This document shows positions 9,864-18,994 of a stretch of DNA of 64,000 nt, piece after piece. The stretch covers positions 76,197 through 140,196 of the forward strand of contig CANQQT010000002.1 in assembly GCA_947626065.1 (NCBI GenBank), written 5' to 3'. The notes beneath the pieces are model-generated. The model saw only the letters and a list, made by a program, of their open reading frames with translations. It was not told where the DNA came from and made no database searches. How positions within the stretch are numbered: the first letter of the stretch is position 1; each line of letters starts with the position of its first letter. Position numbers and translations under genes: made by a program. The DNA comes from an uncultured Clostridia bacterium. GTDB taxonomy: Bacteria > Bacillota > Clostridia > Oscillospirales > CAG-272.

Positions 9864-10862
9864 TCAGACAAGGGGCGTTTTTCGCGGCTCGCCGGTGCTT
9901 TCCCTCAGCGCAAGACTGCACTGCACCTCAATGTGCTTGATGGCCCCCGACTCTCCGCGAAGGCAGCTCTCCATCAGCTTTACCGCCTCGGTACAGATTT
10001 CGTCGCTGTGAAGCACTATCGACGTAAGCCCCGGCTCGATGATTTTGGAAAAGGCGACGTCGTTGATGCCGATGACGGAAAAATCCTTCGGCACCCCGTA
10101 GCCGTACAGCTTCAGCTCGTTGATGACCCCGTAGGCAATTTCGTCGTAAGCGCAGATCAGCGCCGTCGGGAAAAGCCGGTCGGAATCGAGCATCTGCAAA
10201 ACGGCGTTATAGCCGCAGGTTTCAAACCGGAAATCGTTGGTATATACGTAGTCGGCCTCAAGGCCGTGCTCCTTCATAAGCTCGGTGAAAATCTTCGCCT
10301 TCGCCTGCGTTTTTGTCTCCCCGACAAAGCCTATCCGCGAATGCCCGAGGGAGGTGAGGTGACGGATAGCAAGCGTCAGTCCCCCGGCAAAATTGTTGCA
10401 GACCATGTGGCCGGGCAGATCGAGCGGGGTCTGCGTAATGCTGAGGAAGGGAATTGAGCTCCCCTCCATCGGGCATTTCATGCTGAAGGAAACGACTCCG
10501 TCGACAAAATCGCTCTGCAAAACCGACTGCGTCACCCGGTCGATCTCGTCGGGTTCAAAGCCGGTGACGTAAATCCGCCCGTCGGCGTTGATGCCGTCGA
10601 GGGCGCGGATCAGCATGGTGGCCTGCTGGGCATAGTTCAGACTGATGATTTCCGGGACGAGAATCGCTATATACGGCCTGTAAAAGCGGCTGTTTGTCCG
10701 CTTTTCCTTCTTCTGGTCGTAATAGCCGTTTTCCGTCGCGATGCGGCGAATCTTCTTCGCCGTCTCCTCGCTGATTTCAAGGCTGCCCGCCAGCGCCTTC
10801 GAGACAGAGGACTGCGAAACGCCGGCAAGCTGTGCGATTTTTCGGTGCGTGATTCTTCCCAT
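9864..10862 (-). CDS. LacI-family transcriptional regulator
   Basis: HTH segment ITHRKIAQLAGVSQSSVSKALAG followed by a sugar-binding-fold C-terminus. ATG 10862 is preceded by AGGAGG. Confidence 0.9.
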   Translation of the reverse strand: MGRITHRKIAQLAGVSQSSVSKALAGSLEISEETAKKIRRIATENGYYDQKKEKRTNSRFYRPYIAILVPEIISLNYAQQATMLIRALDGINADGRIYVTGFEPDEIDRVTQSVLQSDFVDGVVSFSMKCPMEGSSIPFLSITQTPLDLPGHMVCNNFAGGLTLAIRHLTSLGHSRIGFVGETKTQAKAKIFTELMKEHGLEADYVYTNDFRFETCGYNAVLQMLDSDRLFPTALICAYDEIAYGVINELKLYGYGVPKDFSVIGINDVAFSKIIEPGLTSIVLHSDEICTEAVKLMESCLRGESGAIKHIEVQCSLALRESTGEPRKTPLV

Positions 10863-10947
10863 CGTTCCTTTCTTCCTCCTTCCGAAGGGGCCCTCTCCCC
10901 TGCCGACTACCGGTTCCCCGGTTTCCCAACTTCCCGGCTTCCCCTGC

Positions 10948-10976
10948 ATTTTATCATATCCGAAAGAGCTTGTCAA
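10948..10976 (-). promoter_or_regulatory. sigma70-type promoter of the LacI/sugar operon
   Basis: Minus strand reads TTGACA (10976-10971), a 17-nt spacer, then TAAAAT (10953-10948), ~85 nt upstream of the lacI-family start. Confidence 0.55.
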
Positions 10977-10987
10977 CAGGGAAAGCA

Positions 10988-11002
10988 GCGAATATTATTC
11001 GC
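10988..11002. promoter_or_regulatory. 15-bp perfect palindrome GCGAATA-T-TATTCGC (candidate operator)
   Basis: Read directly. It sits 12 nt upstream of the -35. A half-degenerate second copy, CGAATATTATTC, lies at 11122-11133. Confidence 0.45.
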
Positions 11003-11270
11003 TCGCGTGTAAAAAAGAAGATTTCCCATTCTGCCCGGCGTTTTTGCCGCATTTTTTCTGCAGGAGAAGGGCTAAAAGGAGAAAATCACCCGGATTTTTG
11101 CCCTTTTTATCCTCGTGTCGACGAATATTATTCTTTCGCCCCTTCCCGGCAAAAAAGCCGCCCGGCGAAATTCTCACCGAAGCGGCTTTATGCTTTTCCT
11201 GTTGGGCTTTCCTTTGCAGGCACGGGCGGCGGGTTTACAGACGCGGGTTAAGAGGCATTTTTATAGAAAT

Positions 11271-11420
11271 GTTCTTGAAACACGCTTGCTGGCTCGTTCT
11301 TACCGACACGTTCTTGCCAACGCGGCTTACAGACACGTTCTTGCTGATGCGCTCTTGCCAACACGTTCTTATCGACGCGTTCTTGCTGATGCGCTCTTGC
11401 CGACTCGTTCTTACAGAAAC
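11271..11420. repeat. tandem repeat, ~11 units of 14 bp (consensus GYTCTTRCCRAYRC)
   Basis: Units read directly, e.g. gttcttaccgacac, gttcttgccaacgc, gttcttgctgatgc, gctcttgccaacac, gttcttatcgacgc. A 42-bp super-unit occurs twice (11337-11378 and 11379-11420). Confidence 0.85.
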
Positions 11421-11487
11421 GGTTTAACGTGTTTTTCTTATCGATCCGTTTTCCCGGCGCTTTTGTCCTTTAAAGGGACACCCGGCG

Positions 11488-12312
11488 TCAGATCTCGTCG
11501 GTATCCTCCGCCGCCTCTGCGCGGTCGATTTCAGCGTCCTCCGAAAGGGCGTCCCCCGCATGGTACTCCGGGAGGGACTCGTCGAACCGCGCCCTCTTCT
11601 GAATCTTGTTCTTCGGATAGGGCCTGTATTCCTTCGGCGCCTCGGAGGTCTTTACCGGGGAGGTTCTTCTTTCCCCTTCGTAATAGATGACCACGCGACG
11701 ATTGTTATCGGCCCCCGTGGAGCTGGTGGTCACTCCCGCGATGTTCTGCACCTCGGAGTGAATGATTCTTCTCTCATAGGGATTCATCGGCTCAAGCGTA
11801 ATGTTCTTGCGGTATTTCAGCGCCTTCTCCGCCATCCGTCTTGCCAGACGGCGCAGGGTTTCCTCCCGCTTGGCACGGTAATCCCCGACGTCGAGGGCGA
11901 TTCTTGTATACTCCTCTTCCGTCTCCGCCGCGTGACGGTTGGCGGCAAGATTGGCCAGATACTGGAGCGCGTCGAGCGTCTCCCCGTGGTGTCCGATCAG
12001 GACGCTTGCGTCCTCACCGGTGACGCGGATCAGATACTCCCGCTTCCCACCGGGAAGGCCGGAGACGGCGGCCTCCGCCTGAATGCCCATATCACTGATG
12101 ACGGTCTTGATGAAGGAAAGCGCCGTCATCTCCGGGGAGGAGGTCAGAACGACCCTTACGCGGGCCGGGGTCTCCCCAAAGCCGAGGAAGCCCTTTTTCG
12201 GCGCCTCCAGCACCTCATAGGTGACGGAGGAAGCCGACGCGCCGAGCTGTTCGGCTCCGGCGGCGACCGCCGCTTCAACGGTTTTTCCGGTTACGGTAAC
12301 TTCCTGTTTCAA
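11488..12312 (-). CDS. jag: Jag/KhpB RNA-binding protein (Jag_N, KH, R3H)
   Basis: 274-aa ORF directly downstream of yidC. N-terminus TVTGKTVEAAVAAGAEQLG, and the C-terminal half carries LEPMNPYERRIIHSEVQ (R3H). Confidence 0.88.
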   Translation of the reverse strand: MKQEVTVTGKTVEAAVAAGAEQLGASASSVTYEVLEAPKKGFLGFGETPARVRVVLTSSPEMTALSFIKTVISDMGIQAEAAVSGLPGGKREYLIRVTGEDASVLIGHHGETLDALQYLANLAANRHAAETEEEYTRIALDVGDYRAKREETLRRLARRMAEKALKYRKNITLEPMNPYERRIIHSEVQNIAGVTTSSTGADNNRRVVIYYEGERRTSPVKTSEAPKEYRPYPKNKIQKRARFDESLPEYHAGDALSEDAEIDRAEAAEDTDEI

Positions 12313-12324
12313 AATATCACTTCC

Positions 12325-13551
12325 TTAATCTTTCGGTTCGGATTCACCGGAGTCCCCGTTTTCGGTCTCCGTCTCCTCCGCCCCGTCGTTCGTTTCGTTC
12401 GGTTTGTCCGATTCGTCCTTCAGCGCGGCGGGCGGAAGCAGTGAAGAGGGCTTTCCCGGAGCGCTTTGCTCCTGCTCCTCCGTTCCGTCAAGGTCGATCC
12501 GATGCGCGGCGCCGGACTTCTTTTTCGTATTCTTCTTGGGCTGACGAATTCCCTTGTTCATCTCCCGCTCCACGGCCTTGTATTCCTCTTCCGTAAAGGT
12601 CGGGTAGGGATAGATCAGCTTCAGAATGAACTGCTGCAAGGTAGAAAAAATGTTCTGGTAAATCCAGTACACGGCGACGACCGCCGGCACCTGGAAAGCG
12701 AACACGGTACTGATGAGGGGCGTCACATAGTCCATCATCTTCATCGAAAGCGCCGCGTCCGGCGCCCCTTCCGTCTGGGGCGGCTGGTACATGAACTTTC
12801 TTGAAAGCTTCATGCTTCCAAGGGTAAAGATGAAGGTGAGAAGCGGAAGCACCCAAAGCCAGTCAAAGTGGCTCAGACTCGGAACCTGGGAGAGGTCAAA
12901 CTTTTCGCCGACAAGGTGAAAGTTAGGCAGATCCCGGTCGGTAAAGTTGCTTCCGAGCATCTTTTCGCCGTGGAATTTCTCCACGCCGTTCACCCGAAGG
13001 ACATTCACCATGTCAATGTCATAGACAAACCGGTTTTTGGTTTCCCCTTTGTCCTCAAGGTCCTTTTTCATACTGTCAAGCGCATTTACCGTCCGGGAGG
13101 GAAGGCCCTCCGTCGTCAGCTCCCCGTCCTTGTAGAGCTCCGCCATTTCAATCGCGATGTTGTTGACGTTGTCCTTGGAAATGTGGCTCACGTAGCGCAG
13201 AGGGCTGTTGACGACCGAAAACAGCGCGAAGACGATAATCAGCTGGAGAATCATCGGCAGACAGCCGCTGGCGGGATTGAATTTTTCGTCCTGATACAGC
13301 TTTAAGATTTCCTGCTGCATCTTCTGCTGCGTCACCTTGTCGGTACGGCCCGCATAGCGCTTGCGGATGGCCATCTCCTTCGGGCGGAGCCTTGCCTGAT
13401 GAACCATGTTCTTCTGCTGCTTGATGCCGAGCGGGAAAAGAATCAGCTTCATAACCAGGGCGAAAAACAGCAACGCCACGGCATAATTCGGGACTAACCG
13501 ATAGCACAGGTCAATCACATAGCCTATCGGTACCCGGATGATATCTAACAT
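12325..13551 (-). CDS. yidC: membrane protein insertase YidC/SpoIIIJ
   Basis: N-terminal LLFFALVMKLILFPLGIKQQKNM and multi-TM layout. Conserved position between yidD/rnpA and jag. Confidence 0.9.
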   Translation of the reverse strand: MLDIIRVPIGYVIDLCYRLVPNYAVALLFFALVMKLILFPLGIKQQKNMVHQARLRPKEMAIRKRYAGRTDKVTQQKMQQEILKLYQDEKFNPASGCLPMILQLIIVFALFSVVNSPLRYVSHISKDNVNNIAIEMAELYKDGELTTEGLPSRTVNALDSMKKDLEDKGETKNRFVYDIDMVNVLRVNGVEKFHGEKMLGSNFTDRDLPNFHLVGEKFDLSQVPSLSHFDWLWVLPLLTFIFTLGSMKLSRKFMYQPPQTEGAPDAALSMKMMDYVTPLISTVFAFQVPAVVAVYWIYQNIFSTLQQFILKLIYPYPTFTEEEYKAVEREMNKGIRQPKKNTKKKSGAAHRIDLDGTEEQEQSAPGKPSSLLPPAALKDESDKPNETNDGAEETETENGDSGESEPKD

Positions 13552-13673
13552 TTCTTATCCGTTTCCCTGTTTCGCTCCGGGGAACCCGTTGCTCAGGGAA
13601 ATTCCTTTCCTTTCCGTTTGAAGTCCTCTGAATTGACTTCTTTCGCGGCCTTCCATTCCTGCCTGTCCCGCCG

Positions 13674-13901
13674 TCATCTACGGGATTCCCTTTTCGGGAC
13701 CGGGTCGAAGCCGCCCCGACCGAACGGATTGCAGCGCAAAACGCGCCATAAAGCGAGGGCAAGCCCGCGAAACACTCCCCATTCCCGAATCGCCTCGACC
13801 GCATACTGCGAGCAGGTCGGATAGAACCGGCAACAGGGCCTTTTCAGCGGGGAAATCAATTTTTGGTACAGCTGGATCAACCCGATGGCAATCCTTTTCA
13901 T
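13674..13901 (-). CDS. yidD: membrane protein insertion efficiency factor YidD
   Basis: MKRIAIGLIQLYQKLISPLKRPCCRFYPTCSQYAVEAI is the YidD signature. Start trimmed from 13961 to ATG 13901. Confidence 0.9.
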   Translation of the reverse strand: MKRIAIGLIQLYQKLISPLKRPCCRFYPTCSQYAVEAIREWGVFRGLALALWRVLRCNPFGRGGFDPVPKRESRR

Positions 13902-14051
13902 CCGGTCAATCGCCCCCTTTTTTCGCCGTCCAAAACGGCGGACCCGTAAGGTCCGCCGCATTCCGATAACCGAACCGGTCGGAAAAGCCTCCGTCTTTGC
14001 GCGAAGGATCGCTTTCCCGCGCCGGGCCGCGCTTCTTGCGGCCTCGGCCCC

Positions 14052-14426
14052 TCAAAGGAAGAGGTCGAGCTTTCCGAAGGCAAGGGCAAGGTCCCGCCTC
14101 ACCTCCGCGTAAGAAGCGCCTACGGCGCGTCCCCGCGCCGCGATCACGATCAGGTTCCCGGTTTTCAGCCGATGCTCCGCCACCACCGAACGGTAGGCCG
14201 CCCGCATCACCCGCTTACAGCGGTTCCGCACGACGGCGTTGCCCAGCTTGACGCCGACCGAAAAGCCGATCCGATTGAGATATTCCTTACGGGGATTCTC
14301 CTTTTTCAGCCTGGCGGCCTTATAGTCGCGAAGCCTGTAAACGCAGACGGTAGGGGCGGCGAAACGCTCCCCCTTACTGTAGGCCTTTACAAAAAGGTGA
14401 TTCTCCCTTATCGCAAATTCCTTCAC
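14052..14426 (-). CDS. rnpA: ribonuclease P protein component
   Basis: 124-aa basic protein with GFSVGVKLGNAVVRNRCKRVMR (RNR motif region), located downstream of rpmH. Confidence 0.9.
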   Translation of the reverse strand: MKEFAIRENHLFVKAYSKGERFAAPTVCVYRLRDYKAARLKKENPRKEYLNRIGFSVGVKLGNAVVRNRCKRVMRAAYRSVVAEHRLKTGNLIVIAARGRAVGASYAEVRRDLALAFGKLDLFL

Positions 14427-14465
14427 AAAAAACCTCTCGACCGTGAGAGAATCCGGCGGAAGCGC

Positions 14466-14606
14466 TCAGTGCGTGAGTCTGGCTCTGCCCTTTGCGCGTC
14501 TTCTCTTCAGGACCTTTCTGCCGTTTGCCGTGCTCATTCTCTTCATAAAGCCGTGCTCTTTGGATCTTTGAAGCTTTTTAGGCTGGTATGTCCGAACCAC
14601 ATCCAT
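14466..14606 (-). CDS. rpmH: 50S ribosomal protein L34
   Basis: Not in the ORF track (46 aa). Minus-strand translation gives [46 protein letters not shown]. An AAGGAG ribosome-binding site precedes ATG 14606. Confidence 0.92.
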   Translation of the reverse strand: MDVVRTYQPKKLQRSKEHGFMKRMSTANGRKVLKRRRAKGRARLTH

Positions 14607-14644
14607 CACTCCTTTTCTTTGGGGTTTTTATGACGTTACTATAT

Positions 14645-14674
14645 ATTATACACGCTTTTTCCTCGGCTTGTCAA
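14645..14674 (-). promoter_or_regulatory. sigma70-type promoter of rpmH-rnpA operon
   Basis: Minus strand reads TTGACA (14674-14669), an 18-nt spacer, then TATAAT (14650-14645). Confidence 0.6.
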
Positions 14675-14792
14675 GTGTTTTTTCGGATTTCCGGCATTTT
14701 TTCGGAAAATATCCGGGGAAAACGCCCTTTCGCAAGGGAAAATCCGAAAAATGCGGAGGGAAAGCCGGGTGCGCGGGAGAAAACGCCCGCTT

Positions 14793-15326
14793 TTATCCCT
14801 CCCCCGGCGTCCCGCCTGTCCCCTGCCCGAGGGACGCGCTCCTCAGCCATACCTCCGACTCCTCCCGCGTCCGGAAAACCGTAATTTCCTTTTCGGGAAA
14901 TTCTTCAAGAAGCCGGTAGATTTCGGGAAGCTGTTTTTCCGGGAACTCCTCGATCCAACGCCGGAATTCCCCGTCGAACGCCTCCTCCACCCACGGCATA
15001 TCCTCCCGCACGGTCCCGACCCGCGAAGCGACCCCCGCAAGGCAGACCTGCCGCGGATAGTCAAGGAGGAAGACGGCCTCACAGCTTTCTATCCGAGGCC
15101 GTAGCGTCCGCTGATAGTTCCCGTCGATGATCCAGCACTCCTCGGCGAGAATTGCGGCGAGCCGCCGGTCAAATTCCTCCCTTGATACCGTGGTTTTGTC
15201 GGGCTTGTGCCAGATTCTGTCGAGATAATAGAGCGGAAGGCCGGTTTTGTCCCGAAGCGCCCTTGCAAAGGTGCTTTTGCCCGCGCCGGGGGAGCCGATG
15301 ACCACCGCCCGCCGGAAGGAAATCAT
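14793..15326 (-). CDS. P-loop NTPase (adenylate-kinase/topology-modulation FlaR-like)
   Basis: Walker A VVIGSPGAGKSTFARAL at the N-terminus; 177 aa. Confidence 0.7.
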   Translation of the reverse strand: MISFRRAVVIGSPGAGKSTFARALRDKTGLPLYYLDRIWHKPDKTTVSREEFDRRLAAILAEECWIIDGNYQRTLRPRIESCEAVFLLDYPRQVCLAGVASRVGTVREDMPWVEEAFDGEFRRWIEEFPEKQLPEIYRLLEEFPEKEITVFRTREESEVWLRSASLGQGTGGTPGEG

Positions 15327-15514
15327 CTTTCCCCGACCCCGAGAAGCGCCGCAGGGTCCTCAAGATAGATCGAGACCTCCCCGCACTTCGGGCAGACCGC
15401 GACCTTCGGCTTCGCGGCGACGCGGCCCTTTTCCCCACGGATGACGATGCCGTATCCGGAGGTGATTTTGTAATTTTCCCGCATTTCTTCTCCACAGCGA
15501 ATGCATTTGCGCAT
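15323..15514 (-). CDS. small zinc-ribbon protein
   Basis: 63 aa with CIRCG...CPKCG (CxxC x2). Its stop overlaps the start of the downstream P-loop gene (ATGA-type coupling). Confidence 0.55.
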   Translation of the reverse strand: MRKCIRCGEEMRENYKITSGYGIVIRGEKGRVAAKPKVAVCPKCGEVSIYLEDPAALLGVGER

Positions 15515-15536
15515 GACGGTTTCTCCTTTCGGTTTT

Positions 15537-16163
15537 TTACTTCCCGTCGGGGAAGCTGGTAAAGGCCTCGCGCTCCATTACGGGCAGGCCGTGCGCCTCC
15601 CGTTCCGCCGCGACGGCGCGGATGAGGAAGGCCATATTCCTCGCCAGATTGCGCAGGGTTTGAAGCCCCTCGGCGTCCTTTTTCACGTCCGCCGCCGTGA
15701 AGCCGTGAACCTGATTCCAATAGGTGGAGGAGGCCACCGGCATCCCGCTGATGGTGAAATATTTGTTCAACACGTCGAAGGAGGCGGTATTCCCGCCGCG
15801 ACGGCAGGACACGACCGCCGCGCCGACCTTCATCTGCTTGGAAAAGGGGGTGCTGTAGAAGAGCCTGTCGAGGAAGGAAAGAAGCGTCCCGTTCGGGGAG
15901 CCGTAGTAGACGGGACTGCCGATGACAAGGCCATCCGCCTCCTTCAGCTTCGGCGCCGTTTCGTTGACGAGGTCGTCAAAGACGCATTCTCCGAGCTCCT
16001 CGCACCGGTTGCAGGAAGCGCACCCCCGGATAGCGCGAGAGCCGACCGGAAGGAGCTCCGTCTCCATCCCCTCAGCCTCGAAAACGGAAATCATTTCCGC
16101 AAGGGCGGTCGCCGTGCAGCCGTCGTTTCGCGGACTGCCGTTCAATAACAGAATTTTCGCCAT
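15537..16163 (-). CDS. flavodoxin-like fold FMN reductase / iron-sulfur flavoprotein family
   Basis: MAKILLLNGSPRNDGCT...GSPVYYGSPNG, the typical NADPH-dependent FMN reductase pattern, plus a Cys cluster CASCNRCEELGEC. Confidence 0.8.
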   Translation of the reverse strand: MAKILLLNGSPRNDGCTATALAEMISVFEAEGMETELLPVGSRAIRGCASCNRCEELGECVFDDLVNETAPKLKEADGLVIGSPVYYGSPNGTLLSFLDRLFYSTPFSKQMKVGAAVVSCRRGGNTASFDVLNKYFTISGMPVASSTYWNQVHGFTAADVKKDAEGLQTLRNLARNMAFLIRAVAAEREAHGLPVMEREAFTSFPDGK

Positions 16164-16227
16164 GTCGCCAATCTCCTTTACCGATGAATTTTAAAATTTT
16201 CACGCCGGATCGCGCACGGAACGGTAT

Positions 16228-17508
16228 TCACGCCCGCGCCGCGGCCATCCGTTTTCTTCCTTTATATATATAGACCCCCGCCGCGAGGACAAAATCGAGG
16301 AGAAGGAGAAGATACAGGCCAGATTCGAGCCCGCTTTTCAGCTCCACCGCGTCGCGGATTCCCTCCCGTGTGATCACCGTAATCGGCGCTCCGTCCTCGG
16401 AGGTATGGGAAAATTCGATGGAATAGTAAAAGTGGGGATTGTAATAATAGCTACAAACCGCCTCTCCCCGGCTGTTCAAAATTTCCCCGTATTCTCTGTA
16501 CGGCGCGTCCTCGATTCCTTCCTCCCCGATAAGAACCTCGTAAGAAAGGTCGTCCCGCCGCTCGTCGCACTCCCTTTCCACAAATTCCTTGAACTCCGCC
16601 GGGGAGGGAAAAACCTTCCGTTTGGCAAAAGAATCGGTGGGAAGGCAATTGAGCAGGAAAATGCCGACGCCGATGACCAGCGCCGCGCCGACCGAAATCG
16701 CCGCCGTTTTCCTCAAAAGGCTCCTCTGCCGCTCCAGCGCCTGCTTTTCCGCCTCGTTATAAATCAAAAGTCCCGAACGAATCAGAATTTTGCGGACGGC
16801 AAGCAGATAAACGAGGCCAAAAAAGAGAAACGCCAGAAAGGAAAACAAAAGCCCGTACCTCAGCCAGCCCGGGAAGGTGAGGCCGAAATTGGCCCCGTCG
16901 ACGACGACCGCGGGAGGAAGGCAGAAGGCGACCGACAGAAGATTGAAAAAAGTCACCCCTACCGCCGTTTTCACGGCGCCGGTAGTCGCCTTACCCATCG
17001 GCTCCGCATAATCGCCCGTCTCCTCGTCGGTGGGGAGAACGGCGTTTCTTGCGAAGCAAATCTGACAGATTTCACTCGCCGCCGCGAAGGCCGCCGCCAA
17101 AGCAAAGGCGATCAGCCCCTCGGAAAAGGCGAGATCCGCGACGAGCGCGGAGAGAAGCCCGCCCACCGTCAGCCCGACCGACAAAAGCGTCAAATTGTGA
17201 TATTTTCGGATTCGGCTACGGAGCAAGGCTTTGACCTGCCTGTCGGCCTTGGCCTTCGGCTTTTCGGAATTTTCTTCCCCTGCAAAATCCCGGGGACTGC
17301 TTCTCTCTCCCCGAAGAAGCTCGTCGCAGGTCACGCCGAACATTTCGGCGAGCGCGGGAATGAGGGAAAGATCCGGGGCGCATTCGTCGCGCTCCCAGCG
17401 GCTCACCGCCTTGTTCGATACGTTCAGCCGGTCGGCGACCTCCTGCTGTGTGAGTCCGCTCGCCCTGCGAAGCGCGGAAAGAAACTGTCCGATAGAATTC
17501 TTTGGCAT
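16228..17508 (-). CDS. XRE-family HTH protein with multi-pass membrane domain
   Basis: MPKNSIGQFLSALRRASGLTQQEVADRLNVSNKAVSRWERDE (HTH_3) followed by several hydrophobic helices. Start trimmed from 17757 to ATG 17508, preceded by GGGAGG. Confidence 0.8.
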   Translation of the reverse strand: MPKNSIGQFLSALRRASGLTQQEVADRLNVSNKAVSRWERDECAPDLSLIPALAEMFGVTCDELLRGERSSPRDFAGEENSEKPKAKADRQVKALLRSRIRKYHNLTLLSVGLTVGGLLSALVADLAFSEGLIAFALAAAFAAASEICQICFARNAVLPTDEETGDYAEPMGKATTGAVKTAVGVTFFNLLSVAFCLPPAVVVDGANFGLTFPGWLRYGLLFSFLAFLFFGLVYLLAVRKILIRSGLLIYNEAEKQALERQRSLLRKTAAISVGAALVIGVGIFLLNCLPTDSFAKRKVFPSPAEFKEFVERECDERRDDLSYEVLIGEEGIEDAPYREYGEILNSRGEAVCSYYYNPHFYYSIEFSHTSEDGAPITVITREGIRDAVELKSGLESGLYLLLLLDFVLAAGVYIYKGRKRMAAARA

Positions 17509-17659
17509 AAGAATGACCTCCCTGTCACCGTTGTGACTCCATTCTACAAAAAAGGGCGTGGGAATTCCAGCCCGTAAACCGAAAATGTGTCTCGCAAACC
17601 GGGAATTTCGTCGTTTGGGGAGGCAAAAGGCAAGCTCGTCTTCTTGGCTCCGCCCGCAG

Positions 17660-18166
17660 TTACTCCCCGTCCCCGGGGGCGGCGCCGTCCTCCTCCACCC
17701 AAACATCAATTTCTTCCCTTGCCGGTGGCTCGAAAAGGGCGTTTCCCTTCGCCTCAAGTCCGCTGTCTACCGGATAGGCAAGGGTCTTCCCCTCCGCCAC
17801 CTCCCGGTTTCTCTTTCGGATACGGGAAAGCCGCCGCGCCTCGCTTACCGCAAGAAAATGAAGCTCGCAGAGAATCCCCCGGCTTTCGTAGAACTGCCGC
17901 GCCTCTTCCCTTCCCGCCTTCGTCCAAAAGCCCCAGTCAAGCACGACGCTGACGCCCGATGAAAGAATCCGAAGGGAAAGGGCATAGAGAAAACGCCTTG
18001 TCTTTTCGGAAAGCTCCTCGTGCCGGTCGCCGCAAAAGGGTCCGAAAAGGGTCAGCATCAGCTCATCCGCCGAGAGAAGGACGGCTCCTTCCCTCTTGCA
18101 GAGCGCCTCGGCATAAAAGGTCTTCCCACTGCCGATTTTCCCACAAAGCAAAATCGCCTTTGACAT
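17660..18166 (-). CDS. P-loop ATPase/kinase (AAA_33/zeta-toxin-like fold)
   Basis: Walker A LLCGKIGSGKTFYAE; 168 aa. Confidence 0.65.
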   Translation of the reverse strand: MSKAILLCGKIGSGKTFYAEALCKREGAVLLSADELMLTLFGPFCGDRHEELSEKTRRFLYALSLRILSSGVSVVLDWGFWTKAGREEARQFYESRGILCELHFLAVSEARRLSRIRKRNREVAEGKTLAYPVDSGLEAKGNALFEPPAREEIDVWVEEDGAAPGDGE

Positions 18167-18178
18167 ATTTCCGCCCCT

Positions 18179-18994
18179 TTAAAAGGGAATAAAGGTCCCG
18201 AACAGGGAAAGAACCGTTGTAAGACTGTAAACCCTGTAGAGTCCCTTCCGCAGATCGGAAACCGGCGTGCGGAACTCGAAGCTGTTCTCCCCGGTAATCC
18301 TCCCTCCGAACCGGTCGAAATAGGGCTGCGCCTCCTTTGCATAGTCGGAAAGATAATCGTAATGATACAGGAAGCATTCAAGAACGCTGCCTTCAATTCC
18401 CGGGACGCTCGAGTCGGTAATCACAATTTCGTCGCCTTCCCTTCTCAGAAGAAGGCCTCCCGTCGTCGAGGTCTCGGGGTTCGGGTAGGAAAAGGGATGC
18501 CGGAGACGCAGACTCCCGTCCGGCCTCTCCCTCGCCCGGAGGCCTTCGTTTACCATATTCAAAAATGCGTCGGGGTCAAAGGGCTCCGCCTCTCCCTCCC
18601 GTTCATAAAATTCCGAAGGGCACATCCCATTCAGAGGGCAATCGAGCCTTTTGTAGAAGAGATCCGCGTTGGCAATCGTCACAAGCCTTCCGAGATAAGC
18701 GTAAAAATGAACGTCCTGCGGAAGCCCCGCGTATACCCGCTGATTTTCCCCCGAATAGGCAAGCCCCGGCGCATTCCATTCCTCACGCGGCAGGCGGCTG
18801 CGAAGAGCGGCGACGGCGGAGCCGTCGTCGTGAATCACATAAAAGCCCTCATGGGGACTGGCCACAACAAGCTTTAGCGTGAGCCCGTCCCCGAAAAAGT
18901 CCGGCACTGTCAGGTAAAGTCGGTTGTTCTCATAGGTCTTTTCTACGTTTCCGTGCAATATTTCCATAAAGTCGTCTTTGTTCATGGGATTCAT
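18179..18994 (-). CDS. hypothetical protein
   Basis: 271-aa ORF with coding-like composition, 12 bp upstream of the P-loop gene. No motif recognised. Confidence 0.6.
   Translation of the reverse strand: MNPMNKDDFMEILHGNVEKTYENNRLYLTVPDFFGDGLTLKLVVASPHEGFYVIHDDGSAVAALRSRLPREEWNAPGLAYSGENQRVYAGLPQDVHFYAYLGRLVTIANADLFYKRLDCPLNGMCPSEFYEREGEAEPFDPDAFLNMVNEGLRARERPDGSLRLRHPFSYPNPETSTTGGLLLRREGDEIVITDSSVPGIEGSVLECFLYHYDYLSDYAKEAQPYFDRFGGRITGENSFEFRTPVSDLRKGLYRVYSLTTVLSLFGTFIPF

Noticed and set aside
9646-9921. N-terminal extensions of track ORFs (8242..9921, 9864..10976, 13674..13961, 16228..17757, 30086..33664, 34600..36897, 37553..38497, 55068.., 56184..).
   Set aside because: The extensions are low-complexity, lack a ribosome-binding site, and overlap upstream genes or repeats. 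Internal starts with strong GGAGG-type sites coincide with the start of the recognisable domains.
14607-14792. Possible oriC / DnaA-box cluster upstream of rpmH.
   Set aside because: I saw no TTATCCACA-like boxes or AT-rich unwinding element, only a normal promoter.
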